From a bacterium (lineage in GTDB: Bacteria; Sumerlaeota; Sumerlaeia; MVZB01), in NCBI GenBank assembly GCA_021372575.1, contig JAJFUE010000185.1:14018-78017 (forward strand): DNA of 64,000 bases. The letters are read 5' to 3'. Positions 1-9,202 of this stretch are shown here, one piece after another. The position numbers and the translations under genes were made by a program. Each line of letters starts with the position of its first letter. Within the stretch, counting starts at the first letter, position 1. The notes below the pieces were generated by a model, which saw only the letters and a list, made by a program, of their open reading frames with translations, did no database searches and was not told the DNA's origin.

Positions 1-76
1 GACAAGCGACCCCATCCCTTGCGATGTTATATTGTTTGTTCGGGCCGGGGAGGTCCACGGACCACCCAGCCAATGC

Positions 77-154
77 GGGGTCGTAGCTCAGTTGGTTTAG
101 AGTGCCGGACTGTCACTCCGGAGGTCGCGAGTTCAAGTCTCGTCGGCCCCGCCA
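77..154 (+). tRNA. tRNA-Asp (anticodon GUC), CCA encoded
   Basis: Hand-folded cloverleaf. Acceptor stem is GGGGTCG/CGGCCCC. Anticodon stem is CCGGA/TCCGG with loop CTGTCAC (GTC). T arm is GCGAG-TTCAAGT-CTCGT, followed by discriminator G and CCA. Confidence 0.9.
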
Positions 155-513
155 CTCAAAATAAAAGACTTAGCCGCCTTTTCGGGCGGCTTTTCTTTTG
201 CTTCACAATAGTTTTTTGCCATAATCCTGCCAATTTCATGCAGTCCCCTGCTCACCTGTATCCTGGCCATCTGGTCAAGCACTACCGCCAGCATCATGAG
301 AAACAGAGGCGTGTAGCGCCCTGGATCTTCGGCCGGGAATTGGTTGCCGGCTTCGAAGAAGTGATTCAATTCGTCGCGGGAAAACGGACGTTCCAAGTGC
401 CCATCGCCTTTGGAGCGTGATGGCGGGTTGATAGTGCAACCGTTTTCATTGAGAAGGCGCAGGATGGAGTGGATTTCATGCGTAACTTGCTCATGAAATT
501 CAAGGGAGGTTGA
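133..513 (-). pseudogene. Possible tyrosine-recombinase (integrase) remnant abutting the tRNA
   Basis: The open frame reads ...ERPFSRDELNHFFEAGNQ...RYTPLFLMMLA. This resembles the linker and start of the catalytic domain of phage-type integrases (xxLLFLLxLxTGxR). Similarity stops just before the expected TGxR Arg, and the frame runs into the tRNA 3' end. No catalytic R-H-R-Y region is present. Position next to attL fits an island integrase. Confidence 0.3.
172..198 (+). terminator. Rho-independent terminator after tRNA-Asp
   Basis: Stem GCCGCC / GGCGGC with loop TTTTCG, followed by TTTTCTTTT. Confidence 0.6.
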
Positions 514-1024
514 TTAAACTGAATTTGTTTTCAGACTCCCGCAATCGGCTGCATCGGCTGCCTCGCTTTGATCATTTGCAGAACGGCAAGCAAGAGCGCC
601 GCATCTACGCAATAAAAGACAGCCCGATTCTCTTCACCGAAGCAGTGCAGCAAACCGCAATTGCTCAGATTTTGCAAACTATTGGAAACAGCCCGAGGGT
701 CCTCCCCTCCCAACCAGAATTGAGCAACGCCACTCGCCGAATCACAGGCGTCGGGGTTACTGACGAAGTATTCCATAATGCGTATTTCGAGTTGCACGCC
801 TTGACACCTTAATCGACTGCTAATCCATCTATCGGATTCCAGCCAGACCCAGTTGAGGGTATGGACCATTACGCCCAATATAGACCAGATGGCTACGGCT
901 ACCGAAAATACTCGGTGTCAAGTTGCAATAATTTTGCGAGAGAATCAACAACAGCGATGGCGATTTAAAAAAAAATCCTCGCCCCACATCTATTACGAGA
1001 TGGACAGCAGGATCTTGGCAAAAT

Positions 1025-2461
1025 TTACAGGCTCAAATTTGCATTTCGCGCTTGTGCGTCAGGTTTGGGTTTTGAACTGAATTTCAGGAGTTTGTTGTAG
1101 ATTGTTTTTTCGCTGATGCCGAGCATGCGCGCAGAACGTGCCTTGTTGCCACGACACGTCTCGAGCGTCTGATCGATGGCTATCCGCTCGAGTTCTTCGA
1201 GCGTCAGCCCCGCCAGCGGCCGGGCCGACGTGGTTCTAATCTCCTCGGCTGCGTGCCGGAGCGGGATCCTCTCGGCGCCGATTTGCGCCTCGTCACAGAA
1301 CGCCGAGGCCTGCTCGAGCACGTTTTCCAACTCGCGCATGTTCCCAGGCCAGTGGTAATGCTGCAACTTATCGAGTGCCTCTTGAGTAAGGCACTTGGTG
1401 GGCTGGTTATTACGCCGTCCAGCGCGATCGAGATAATGCTCCACCAGCGCCGGGATGTCGCTCGGGTGCTCCCGGAGCGGCGGTATCGCCAAGCTCCGGA
1501 CATTTAATTGCAGGAACAGGTCCTCTCGGAACATCCGCTCTCGCACCATGGCCTGCAAATCCCGGTTCGTCGAGGCGATTAAGCGCACGTCAACATGGAC
1601 ATCGTGATCGCCCCCGACCCGCTGAAACCTGCCATTTTGCAGGAATGTTAACAGCCTTGGCTGCAGATCAAGCGGTATATCGCCGACTTCATCAAGGAAG
1701 AGCGTACCCCCCTCGGCCATTTCAACCCGGCCAAGCCGGCGCTCGGAGTCCGCGGTGAATGAGCCGCGCTCATGACCGAACAGCTCGGACTCAACCAGCT
1801 CGCGAGGCAGCGTCGTGCAGTTGACGGTGATGAACTGGCCGGCGGCGCGAGTACTCGCTTGATGTATCAGCCGCGCGAGCAGGCTTTTCCCGACGCCGCA
1901 CTCGCCGGTCAGCAGCAGGTTACCGTCGAGCGGCGCAAGCCGGAGGGCGTTTTCGAGAACCCGGCGCGAAACGTCCGAGGTGCCAATGTAAACCAAGGGC
2001 GGTTCCGGGCTGACGATCGCCTGACGAAGCCGACGATTCTCAAGGTGTAATCTCCGGTTCTCGCGCCGCAGCCGGCCAAAGCGCGCTGCTTGGCGCACCG
2101 TGCTGACGAGTTCCTCGGGATTAAATGGCTTGGCTACATAATCAAACGCGCCATTTTTGCTCGCGCGGGCTGCGGCACGGATATCGGAATGCGCTGTGAT
2201 CATGATTGTCTGGATGTCGGGATGAATCCGCGTCATCTCAGCCAGACATTGCAGCCCATCGAGCACCGGCATACTCACGTCAAGCAGCGCCACATCGAGG
2301 TCCTCTGTCGCCTGGTCGAGCGCCTCACGACCGTTGCGAGCGGTCAGCGTGCGGAATCCCTGGCGCTCGAGCGTATAGTTGAGCAGTGTTCGGATATGCG
2401 CATCATCGTCAGCCACCAGAACCTGGATGGGAGTTTCTGTCATGTCGCCGGAAGTTTTCAT
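1025..2461 (-). CDS. NtrC-family response regulator (REC - AAA+ - Fis-type HTH)
   Basis: REC domain ([11 protein letters not shown]...LLDVSMP). Walker A is [23 protein letters not shown] sits where GAFTGA is expected. C-terminal HTH reads [15 protein letters not shown]. The ATG at 2461 is preceded by GGAGGA. Confidence 0.9.
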   Translation of the reverse strand: MKTSGDMTETPIQVLVADDDAHIRTLLNYTLERQGFRTLTARNGREALDQATEDLDVALLDVSMPVLDGLQCLAEMTRIHPDIQTIMITAHSDIRAAARASKNGAFDYVAKPFNPEELVSTVRQAARFGRLRRENRRLHLENRRLRQAIVSPEPPLVYIGTSDVSRRVLENALRLAPLDGNLLLTGECGVGKSLLARLIHQASTRAAGQFITVNCTTLPRELVESELFGHERGSFTADSERRLGRVEMAEGGTLFLDEVGDIPLDLQPRLLTFLQNGRFQRVGGDHDVHVDVRLIASTNRDLQAMVRERMFREDLFLQLNVRSLAIPPLREHPSDIPALVEHYLDRAGRRNNQPTKCLTQEALDKLQHYHWPGNMRELENVLEQASAFCDEAQIGAERIPLRHAAEEIRTTSARPLAGLTLEELERIAIDQTLETCRGNKARSARMLGISEKTIYNKLLKFSSKPKPDAQARNANLSL

Positions 2462-2598
2462 ACACCGTTTCCTCCGTTCAAATTGGATGACAACCACATC
2501 AGGGCGGAATGGGTCCCAAGGGTCCTATGGGACGAATGGGACCGATGGGACCTATGAATTTTCATTCCGCGTCCCGCACGCCGTATCGCATGGTGTAC

Positions 2599-4452
2599 TC
2601 AGGACCCAGGGCTGTCTTTTACGGGCAGCTTTACAAGCACTACTGTTCCGTAGCCGAGTTCGCTCCCAATTTCGACACTGCCACCGTGGCGCTCGATGAT
2701 TTCGTGGACGATCGCCAAGCCGAGGCCGGTCCCCGCAACCTCCATCCCCGGTCGGTGCGCGCGATAGAAACGCTCGAAAACATGCGGCAGATCGGTTTGC
2801 GAAATGCCGATGCCGGTATCGGTCACGGTGAGTGTCAAGCCGTCATGGTCGCCTGATGCGCCGACCGTGATCGTACCGCCGGGGGGGGTGAACTTGATGG
2901 CGTTGCTGAGGATGTTGATGAGCACGCGCTTGAGAGCCTCGAGATCGCCGATCGGGCGCGGCAGTGACTCGGCGATTTCCAGCTTCAGGGTCAATGCCGA
3001 CGATTCGATCACCGGCGAGAGCATGGTGCAGGCGGCCTCGATGAGCGTGGGGATTTCAATCAAGCGCCGCTCCATTTTCATACGGCCGCTTTCGAGGCGC
3101 GAGATCTCGAGCATATCCTCGATCAAGGCCTCCAGCCGCTGCGTCTCCTGGTCGATGATGTCGAGGAACTGGTTGCGCAGCGATTCGGTCATGGCGCCGT
3201 CCTGGCGCAGCGCCTTGGTGAAGCCCTTGATCGAGGTGAGCGGCGTTCGCAGTATGTGGCTGACCGAGCCGACGAAATCGGTCTTGAACTGGTCGATCTC
3301 TCGTTCGCGGGTCACGTCGCGCAGGATAAGAACCCGGCCGGCGATGCGGCAGGCCGGATCGACCCATGCGCTCGCCACGATGCGTAGCGTTCGCGGGCAG
3401 GGCTCGTGCAACACGAGCATGATCTCCTCGGCCCGGTCGGGCTGGCAGGCTTCGAGCATTTCCTTGAGGCGCGCAGGCGGGGGCGTGCAGTCGCCGAACA
3501 GCGAGGCAAGCATGCTGCCGGTGCCGGCCTGTCCGGTCACCTCGAGGAGCCCACGCGCGATGTGATTCATCATCGTGACACGATGATCGAGATCGGTGAC
3601 GATGACGCCATCGCCGATGCCGCGCACGATGAGCTCGAGGCGCTTGGCTTCCTGGTTGAGCCGCTCGTTGACGGTCTTAAGCTGCTCATTGGCGAGAGCG
3701 AGTTCGGAGGCCTGGCGCCCGACCTCGATCTCGGCCTCGCGCCGGGCTGTAATGTCTAGCCCGTAGAGGTTTAAATACTTTTCACCGGCCACCGGGGCGC
3801 AGACTATCAGCCATGTGTGGCCAGCAACGGTCAACTCGAACTGGCAGACAAGATTGTCGGCGAGGCAGCCGCAGACGCGTTCGAGCGGCTCCGACGGCAG
3901 CGGCCGGCCGACCTGGACCGACCATGCCTCAAGGAGTGGCGCGCTCGCCGTGTTGGCATACGTCAGCACGCCGGCATCGTTCACACGCATCACCGGATTG
4001 GGATCTACGGCCGGAAAGCGCGCCATGCTGGCCAGCAGCGTGCACATCTGTGTCTCGAGCGTGACGTCTCGGATCGAGCCAAAGTATCCTTCGATCGCGC
4101 CATTCGCATCGCGGATGATCGTCGCCGTGACGAGCGCATCAATGACCACGCCGTTGAAGGTATCGAGAGTGAGCCTGGCCTCACGGACAAAGCCCTCCTG
4201 CTCAAGGCGTCGGAAGAAATCTTCGCGAAGAGCACGGTCGGTGATCATCTCGGCGAGCGAGATTCCATCGCAGCCAAGGCCAATTCCGAGCAGGCGCACG
4301 GCGGCCGAATTAAGCTCAATGAATCTGCCGGCGGAATCAACCATGAACCACGGCTCGGCGACCTGCAGGAAAATACGGCGATAGTGATCGGGATCGGAGT
4401 CACACAAGTTGACACTGCCGCACATTTCTATATTCAGTCTCGCGAGGTCCAT
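2599..4452 (-). CDS. Cytoplasmic multi-PAS sensor histidine kinase
   Basis: H-box FVGSVSHILRTPLTSIKGF and HATPase G-boxes DTGIGI / GTGLGLAIV. Long N-terminal PAS-like repeats and no obvious TM segment. SD GGGAGGGG lies before the ATG at 4452. Confidence 0.9.
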   Translation of the reverse strand: MDLARLNIEMCGSVNLCDSDPDHYRRIFLQVAEPWFMVDSAGRFIELNSAAVRLLGIGLGCDGISLAEMITDRALREDFFRRLEQEGFVREARLTLDTFNGVVIDALVTATIIRDANGAIEGYFGSIRDVTLETQMCTLLASMARFPAVDPNPVMRVNDAGVLTYANTASAPLLEAWSVQVGRPLPSEPLERVCGCLADNLVCQFELTVAGHTWLIVCAPVAGEKYLNLYGLDITARREAEIEVGRQASELALANEQLKTVNERLNQEAKRLELIVRGIGDGVIVTDLDHRVTMMNHIARGLLEVTGQAGTGSMLASLFGDCTPPPARLKEMLEACQPDRAEEIMLVLHEPCPRTLRIVASAWVDPACRIAGRVLILRDVTREREIDQFKTDFVGSVSHILRTPLTSIKGFTKALRQDGAMTESLRNQFLDIIDQETQRLEALIEDMLEISRLESGRMKMERRLIEIPTLIEAACTMLSPVIESSALTLKLEIAESLPRPIGDLEALKRVLINILSNAIKFTPPGGTITVGASGDHDGLTLTVTDTGIGISQTDLPHVFERFYRAHRPGMEVAGTGLGLAIVHEIIERHGGSVEIGSELGYGTVVLVKLPVKDSPGS

Positions 4453-4534
4453 TGCAATTTCCCCTCCCTGTTAAAAGACTACTTCTCACCCCATAATGAT
4501 CGAAAGATACGTTATGTTATCCTCATCCATCAGC

Positions 4535-6106
4535 TTATTTGCAAAATCCTTTCCATTCAGATTGCAATTCCTCTCCTGAGTTAAATATAAATTTCATGAT
4601 GCCCTTTATGGTGACATTGTTCATGGCTTTTTCGTCATTCGACCGATGGACGGTTAATTCGACGATCGCTTGATCTATTTCTTCCTTTATTATTTCTATT
4701 TTTGCGGATATATGCGGCCCTTGCGCGTCCATTTTATTGAACACTTTGTCGATCTTTACAGGCTTGCCCGAATGTCGTTTTACCACAAATGTCTTGGTGG
4801 CATTCCCATTAGGCTTCAATACCCCCACATTAATATTGTTCGGCGCAATATAAATATCGCTCACGATATTCATTGTCACGGGAATGCGTATATCAGGATT
4901 TCCTCGCACCTTTGTTGCTATCTCCAAAGTGCCTCTTATGGGCCCGTAAGGCTCATTGTCTGGTATCGCCGTCTTTATCATCACTCGATATTTTATTGGT
5001 GTATTATCTATTGATACGATGCTCCGCTTGGCCGGCCATGACAAATCTACAGTCTCCTTCATTTTCCCTTCCGGGACATATTTGATTTCCGTAACAGGAG
5101 TATATTCTTTTTTCGCGATCTGTTCATATTTTATTTCGGTTCCCTCGATCATCAGGTCATGTTTTCCATCGCGTTCGGTCACTTCTATGTCCTGCGATAT
5201 CGTTTGCCCAGGATAGACATCACCATAATCCAATATGCTTTTCGATATATGCACTTTCTCATTTATAAAACCTGTATATTGCAACTCAGTTGTAGTCGAT
5301 ATCGGGTCATTGCTTTCAACGTACACCGAAAGATTTTGATATCCCGCACGTCCTAGCGCCGAAAGCAGCACAGTTATTTCAGCCATCTCGCCTGGGTTTA
5401 AGACAGGCTTGGATGCCGTCGCGCTCGTGCACCCACAACTTTTTTTTATGCGATTTATCATTAATGGCGCCCGTCCAGCGTTCCTGAACGGGAAACGAGC
5501 CCTTAACATTTCACAGGATTCAGTAGATCCAAAATCCATCAAGAGAGTATCGAATTCCAGGCGCGGAACTTTTTTAGCCTGCGCCATCTCTTTGCGCCGA
5601 ATAACCAGCGATTCGCCATGCCAGTATGTGCTTATGTCATTTTTACTTATCCACTCAGACGCCATTCCAGGACGATACATCCTCACCTCTTTGTGATTTC
5701 TCGGGTTTCTCTCCCTTGGGTCAACGCAACAATAATGATTATTATTGACATATATTATGACAGGGGTATTCAACTTGACCAGATCCGACCATGTCAACTT
5801 GACTCCCTCCGCCTGCAGTCCATACATTTCGGCAACTTGCTTGAGCCGAAACATTGACGCGCCCTTTTCGGTCAATTCACAAGCGTTTATTAAATCCGTA
5901 AGATCTAATGCTTTGCCAAGCCGTGCTGCGGCTATTCTTAAGGATATTGGCCCGCATGCGCGATTATTGCCAGCATCCGCAGGCTCAAATACATTATTAT
6001 CGGGCGCGTTATTCCATCGTACGGCCCCCAATATTGAGAAAGCTATAAATAGTGCGCACATAAACGCTATCAGATACATGCGATAACGACGAATATAGTT
6101 TTTCAT
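4535..6106 (-). CDS. Signal-anchored C39-like cysteine peptidase fused to DUF1573/Ig-like repeats
   Basis: The N-terminus KNYIRRYRMYLIAFMCALFIAFSILGAV is a positive-inside anchor. The C39-like core has NRACGPISL (catalytic Cys context) and NNNHYCCVD (His). A DUF1573 signature follows (FDFG...FxFxNxG...L.I..V..SCGCT, here MDFGS...FPFRNAGRAPLMINRIKKSCGCT), then two more beta-rich repeats. Confidence 0.75.
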   Translation of the reverse strand: MKNYIRRYRMYLIAFMCALFIAFSILGAVRWNNAPDNNVFEPADAGNNRACGPISLRIAAARLGKALDLTDLINACELTEKGASMFRLKQVAEMYGLQAEGVKLTWSDLVKLNTPVIIYVNNNHYCCVDPRERNPRNHKEVRMYRPGMASEWISKNDISTYWHGESLVIRRKEMAQAKKVPRLEFDTLLMDFGSTESCEMLRARFPFRNAGRAPLMINRIKKSCGCTSATASKPVLNPGEMAEITVLLSALGRAGYQNLSVYVESNDPISTTTELQYTGFINEKVHISKSILDYGDVYPGQTISQDIEVTERDGKHDLMIEGTEIKYEQIAKKEYTPVTEIKYVPEGKMKETVDLSWPAKRSIVSIDNTPIKYRVMIKTAIPDNEPYGPIRGTLEIATKVRGNPDIRIPVTMNIVSDIYIAPNNINVGVLKPNGNATKTFVVKRHSGKPVKIDKVFNKMDAQGPHISAKIEIIKEEIDQAIVELTVHRSNDEKAMNNVTIKGIMKFIFNSGEELQSEWKGFCK

Positions 6107-6198
6107 TATAGCATCGCCTTTTCACGCCTTACAGTATGACCCCAAGAGGTAAATCCCTCAATGCAATACTTAGTCGAAGAGCGGTGAATGAATTATAT

Positions 6199-7194
6199 CT
6201 ATTTGACAATTCCCTGGGATATATCGCTTGGCAATGGAACTACCACAAAGGGCATTCCATCTGCATCTATGCGGCTGAAGTCCATGATGGATGTGTCGGA
6301 AGGATAATTTGTCACACTATTTATGGATGCATCAAACAATGTCTGATCGTGAGTTGTTATATATTTTGTTATCCTTGTGGTCATCTTATAACTCCTTATT
6401 GGGAATTCCAGATCGCCATTGGCATACATGGGCAATTCCGCGTTCCAGTAATTCTGCGATTTGCATGTGAACAAAGGTTTTTCATGGCCGGAAAGAGTGA
6501 AAGATGCGCTTCTTACCAAATAATCGTGTTTGGTATCTATTTCCATCCGCCACATTCCTTTGTCCGACGAAAAGAGACTGCCTGGTCCCACTACGGTTGC
6601 AATCCCACCAGAATCGACCGTCGATGAAGTAATCGTATCGAGCAATTGAGAATAACCCCTGCCAAGAGATAAAAGATATCTGAAAAACAAATTCTCAGGA
6701 TCATGATGATTGACCGGATAGAGTTCAAGACGGGCGGCAAGTGCATCTGTTAATAAACTCGCTTCGCCTGTTTCTTTGAGAACACAATTGTCGTATTCTG
6801 ATCTGATCTTCCATGACGCGCCATCAAATGCGATGGTTCGCATTTTCATATTTGTCACAATGTAATTACCGGCACTGTCATAATCAAGAGGATTAGCCTT
6901 CTTTGAATAGCGAGATGCCCCAAGCAACGTCCTATTCTGAACCAAGGCGTATTTCCCATCATTTCCTGTGATTTGCAAGGTAAAGGTGCTTGGATCCTGA
7001 TCGACGCCTACGTTGGATTTACAACTCACAATCAGGTTCACGTTAAAATTGGATAAAAATTGAGCATCATAGGAATCTAATATGTCCTTAATGCTTTGGG
7101 CCTCGGCCGGATTAAAATGTTGCAACAACATAATCTGAACAAAATATACACACACTGTCATCATGAGTGAGCGTTGGCGGATTGACATCATCAT
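6199..7194 (-). CDS. Secreted hypothetical protein (no recognisable family)
   Basis: Signal peptide with AEA|QS. Low-GC gene, tightly packed between the Cys-rich gene and the C39 gene. Confidence 0.6.
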   Translation of the reverse strand: MMMSIRQRSLMMTVCVYFVQIMLLQHFNPAEAQSIKDILDSYDAQFLSNFNVNLIVSCKSNVGVDQDPSTFTLQITGNDGKYALVQNRTLLGASRYSKKANPLDYDSAGNYIVTNMKMRTIAFDGASWKIRSEYDNCVLKETGEASLLTDALAARLELYPVNHHDPENLFFRYLLSLGRGYSQLLDTITSSTVDSGGIATVVGPGSLFSSDKGMWRMEIDTKHDYLVRSASFTLSGHEKPLFTCKSQNYWNAELPMYANGDLEFPIRSYKMTTRITKYITTHDQTLFDASINSVTNYPSDTSIMDFSRIDADGMPFVVVPLPSDISQGIVK

Positions 7195-7215
7195 ATGACT
7201 CCATTAGTACAATAT

Positions 7216-7761
7216 TTAACAAATTATTAATCCATATCTTGTGGAAGACTCGATCAAAGTGCCGTCACAACCGGATGTATCGCAACGAAACCGAAATGCT
7301 CGCGGCGTACAATCGTGTCCAAAATGATGGACATATAAAACACGGAGTTCGCCCTGATAACTGGCTGCACAGCCAATGGAAGCCCTATAATATTGGATGA
7401 GAGACACTTGTTTTGTATTAATCGTCGCACTGCAACTAGATCCGCCATTTAAAGGACAATCGGCATCAAATATGTAATTGGCGATACACGCATCTGTTGC
7501 ACAAGGCTGAGGATAATCTTCCGTGTGGAAACATTCATCTTTTCTAAAAGCTGCATATTTACACCCCCCGCAGCAATCTCCCCCATGGATCGCTTGCATT
7601 TGTGAATCCGAAAGGGGGGATGATGCACAATTCATCTTGAGCGATAAAATCACGAGTATGCCGATAATGACGATCAATGCCGTTGCGGAGATGGTAAGTA
7701 GTGACTTCACGAAATAGCAATCCTTTGAGTTAATGTGATGAGCCGCTGAGAAGCGCCTCAT
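7216..7761 (-). CDS. Cys-rich exported protein with signal anchor followed by a double-glycine motif
   Basis: N-terminal TM segment SLLTISATALIVIIGILVILSL, then LSDSQMQAIHGG|DCCGGC. About 14 Cys occur in the ~120 residues after the GG. An alternative internal start, MNCASS at 7635, would give a 19-aa GG leader. Confidence 0.6.
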   Translation of the reverse strand: MRRFSAAHHINSKDCYFVKSLLTISATALIVIIGILVILSLKMNCASSPLSDSQMQAIHGGDCCGGCKYAAFRKDECFHTEDYPQPCATDACIANYIFDADCPLNGGSSCSATINTKQVSLIQYYRASIGCAASYQGELRVLYVHHFGHDCTPRAFRFRCDTSGCDGTLIESSTRYGLIIC

Positions 7762-7809
7762 CTATCGTTCACGCTTTCATGAGTGAGGTCTAAGTCCACC
7801 ACTCCCCTT

Positions 7810-8517
7810 TCACCTTTGGCCTCCCATTGATTTGCCCACTTTTGTCTCAGCTGGCGGCTTGGTCATTGCGGAATTTTTGCGGGTTAATAACCCCACTCCT
7901 GTTGCCGATTCTCTGGGCCTGAGATATTCTTTTAAAACTCTGTGACCCATATAACCCAACGGCAGCGCAATCAATATTAGGCACACTGCCGCCAGCATTT
8001 CAATGGGCACCCCGACCCTTGCAGAATTTCTGTAGACCATATCTCGAACTAATATTAACGATTCTCCGGCCCCGATATATTTTATTAGCACTTGTTGACC
8101 CATGTAGCCCAACACCGGCAGCGCAATCACTAATATGCACATGGCTGCGGCCAGCTTATAACCATATCGCCTGAACCCGGCTGCACATGTTTCGCGGTAG
8201 GTCGCCTGCTCAGTCTCGCACTCATTGATGCGAACCATAAGGTTCGCGACCTGTTCCTCGATGCTTGGCTCGCCCGCCATCCCGCGCCGCAGCTGCTCCA
8301 AATTATAGCAAAGCTCGGAAGTCCGTTCCCACTCGGCCCGGCATTCGGGACACTCGCTCAAGTGCTTCTCGATGGCGCCAAACTGAAGCCGGGACAGCGA
8401 GGGATCCCAGTGGTGATAAGCGCCCAGACGCAACCTGACCCACCGGCAACTGGGTACGCGGCCAGCAAGCAATTGCAGGCATTCTTTCAACCCACGGGCT
8501 ATTCTTCTCAGCTTCAT
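7810..8517 (-). CDS. Anti-sigma factor (zf-HC2) with duplicated TM hairpin
   Basis: HLSECPECRAEW zinc-finger anti-sigma motif. Two near-identical TM modules are present (CILVIALPVLGYMGQQVLIKYI and CLILIALPLGYMGHRVLKEYL). It lies downstream of an ECF sigma gene. Confidence 0.75.
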   Translation of the reverse strand: MKLRRIARGLKECLQLLAGRVPSCRWVRLRLGAYHHWDPSLSRLQFGAIEKHLSECPECRAEWERTSELCYNLEQLRRGMAGEPSIEEQVANLMVRINECETEQATYRETCAAGFRRYGYKLAAAMCILVIALPVLGYMGQQVLIKYIGAGESLILVRDMVYRNSARVGVPIEMLAAVCLILIALPLGYMGHRVLKEYLRPRESATGVGLLTRKNSAMTKPPAETKVGKSMGGQR

Positions 8518-8552
8518 CTGCCTTTGCCCTCTCTTCTGCCCTCTGCATAGAC

Positions 8553-8580
8553 ATGTCGAAAAGGGACGATTTTATAACAT
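8553..8580 (-). promoter_or_regulatory. ECF-type promoter candidate ATGTTA-N15-TCGACAT
   Basis: Motif read on the minus strand, 35 nt upstream of the anti-sigma ATG. The same bipartite motif occurs at 12391-12417 (-) and 28490-28516 (+). Confidence 0.45.
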
Positions 8581-8638
8581 CGACGCATAAAAATATTTCA
8601 ATTATTTTGGGGATGATTGATATTATATGAGTTACGCA

Positions 8639-9202
8639 TCAGCTTTTCTTGTCTTTTTCCATGATCGCGCGAAGACGGGCGCGTGCGCGCCACTCATAAA
8701 CCTGAATAGATGCCTCCCCCAGCCCTAGCCGGCGAGCTGCCTCGGCTTCCGAGCAGCCCTCGAAATACAGCAGGTTGATTACATGCCGAAGCCGGTCGGG
8801 CAGTTGCGCGACAGCCTCGCGAAGTTGGTCCAGACCTTCTGCCTGTGTGTCAGAACCCGAGCCGCTCTGAGTTACCGACCATGTCTGGGCTGTTTGCTTG
8901 AGTTCTTTTTCGATCCGCTTAGTTTTCGACACCTGCCGCCCCTTGGCCAAGAGCAGTTTCTTGGCGATCCCGAACAGATAAGGGCGGACCTTGTCTTTTT
9001 CGATCCTCCCCCGCTTGGCCCAATATGTCAAAAAGCTATCTTGGACCAGGTCTTCCACATCGTCCCGTCGGATGTTACGGCCAGCAAAAAAGCGCGCGAG
9101 CGCGGACCAAAGATTTCCATAAGGCTCGTCGGTGGGCCCGAGATCAGTATTGGAAGACCTATTGTCCAGCTTTTTCATGTGTTCATGATGGTTCCCTGTC
9201 AA
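8639..9202 (-). CDS. ECF-family RNA polymerase sigma factor (copy 1)
   Basis: Region 2 reads DVEDLVQDSFLTYW. Region 4 HTH reads LPDRLRHVINLLYFEGCSEAEAARRLGLGEASIQVYEWRARARL. The likely ATG start is at 9178. Confidence 0.85.
   Translation of the reverse strand: MTGNHHEHMKKLDNRSSNTDLGPTDEPYGNLWSALARFFAGRNIRRDDVEDLVQDSFLTYWAKRGRIEKDKVRPYLFGIAKKLLLAKGRQVSKTKRIEKELKQTAQTWSVTQSGSGSDTQAEGLDQLREAVAQLPDRLRHVINLLYFEGCSEAEAARRLGLGEASIQVYEWRARARLRAIMEKDKKS

Noticed and set aside
531-878. A 115-aa minus-strand ORF, and the overlapping 100-aa plus-strand ORF 510-812, between the integrase remnant and the response regulator.
   Set aside because: Two overlapping ORFs on opposite strands, neither with a motif I can name. 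A vague wHTH-like stretch (MEYFVSNPDACDSASGVAQFWLGG) is not enough. I cannot decide which, if either, is coding.
913-926. CGGTGTCAAGTTGC, resembling a sigma54 -24/-12 element downstream of the NtrC-type regulator.
   Set aside because: The spacing is GG-N9-GC rather than the required GG-N10-GC.
2509-2856. An ORF starting MGPKGPMGRMGPMGPM, which looks collagen-like.
   Set aside because: The Gly-Pro-Met pattern is produced by the GGGTCC/GGGACC intergenic repeat. The rest of the ORF is antisense to the histidine-kinase 3' end.
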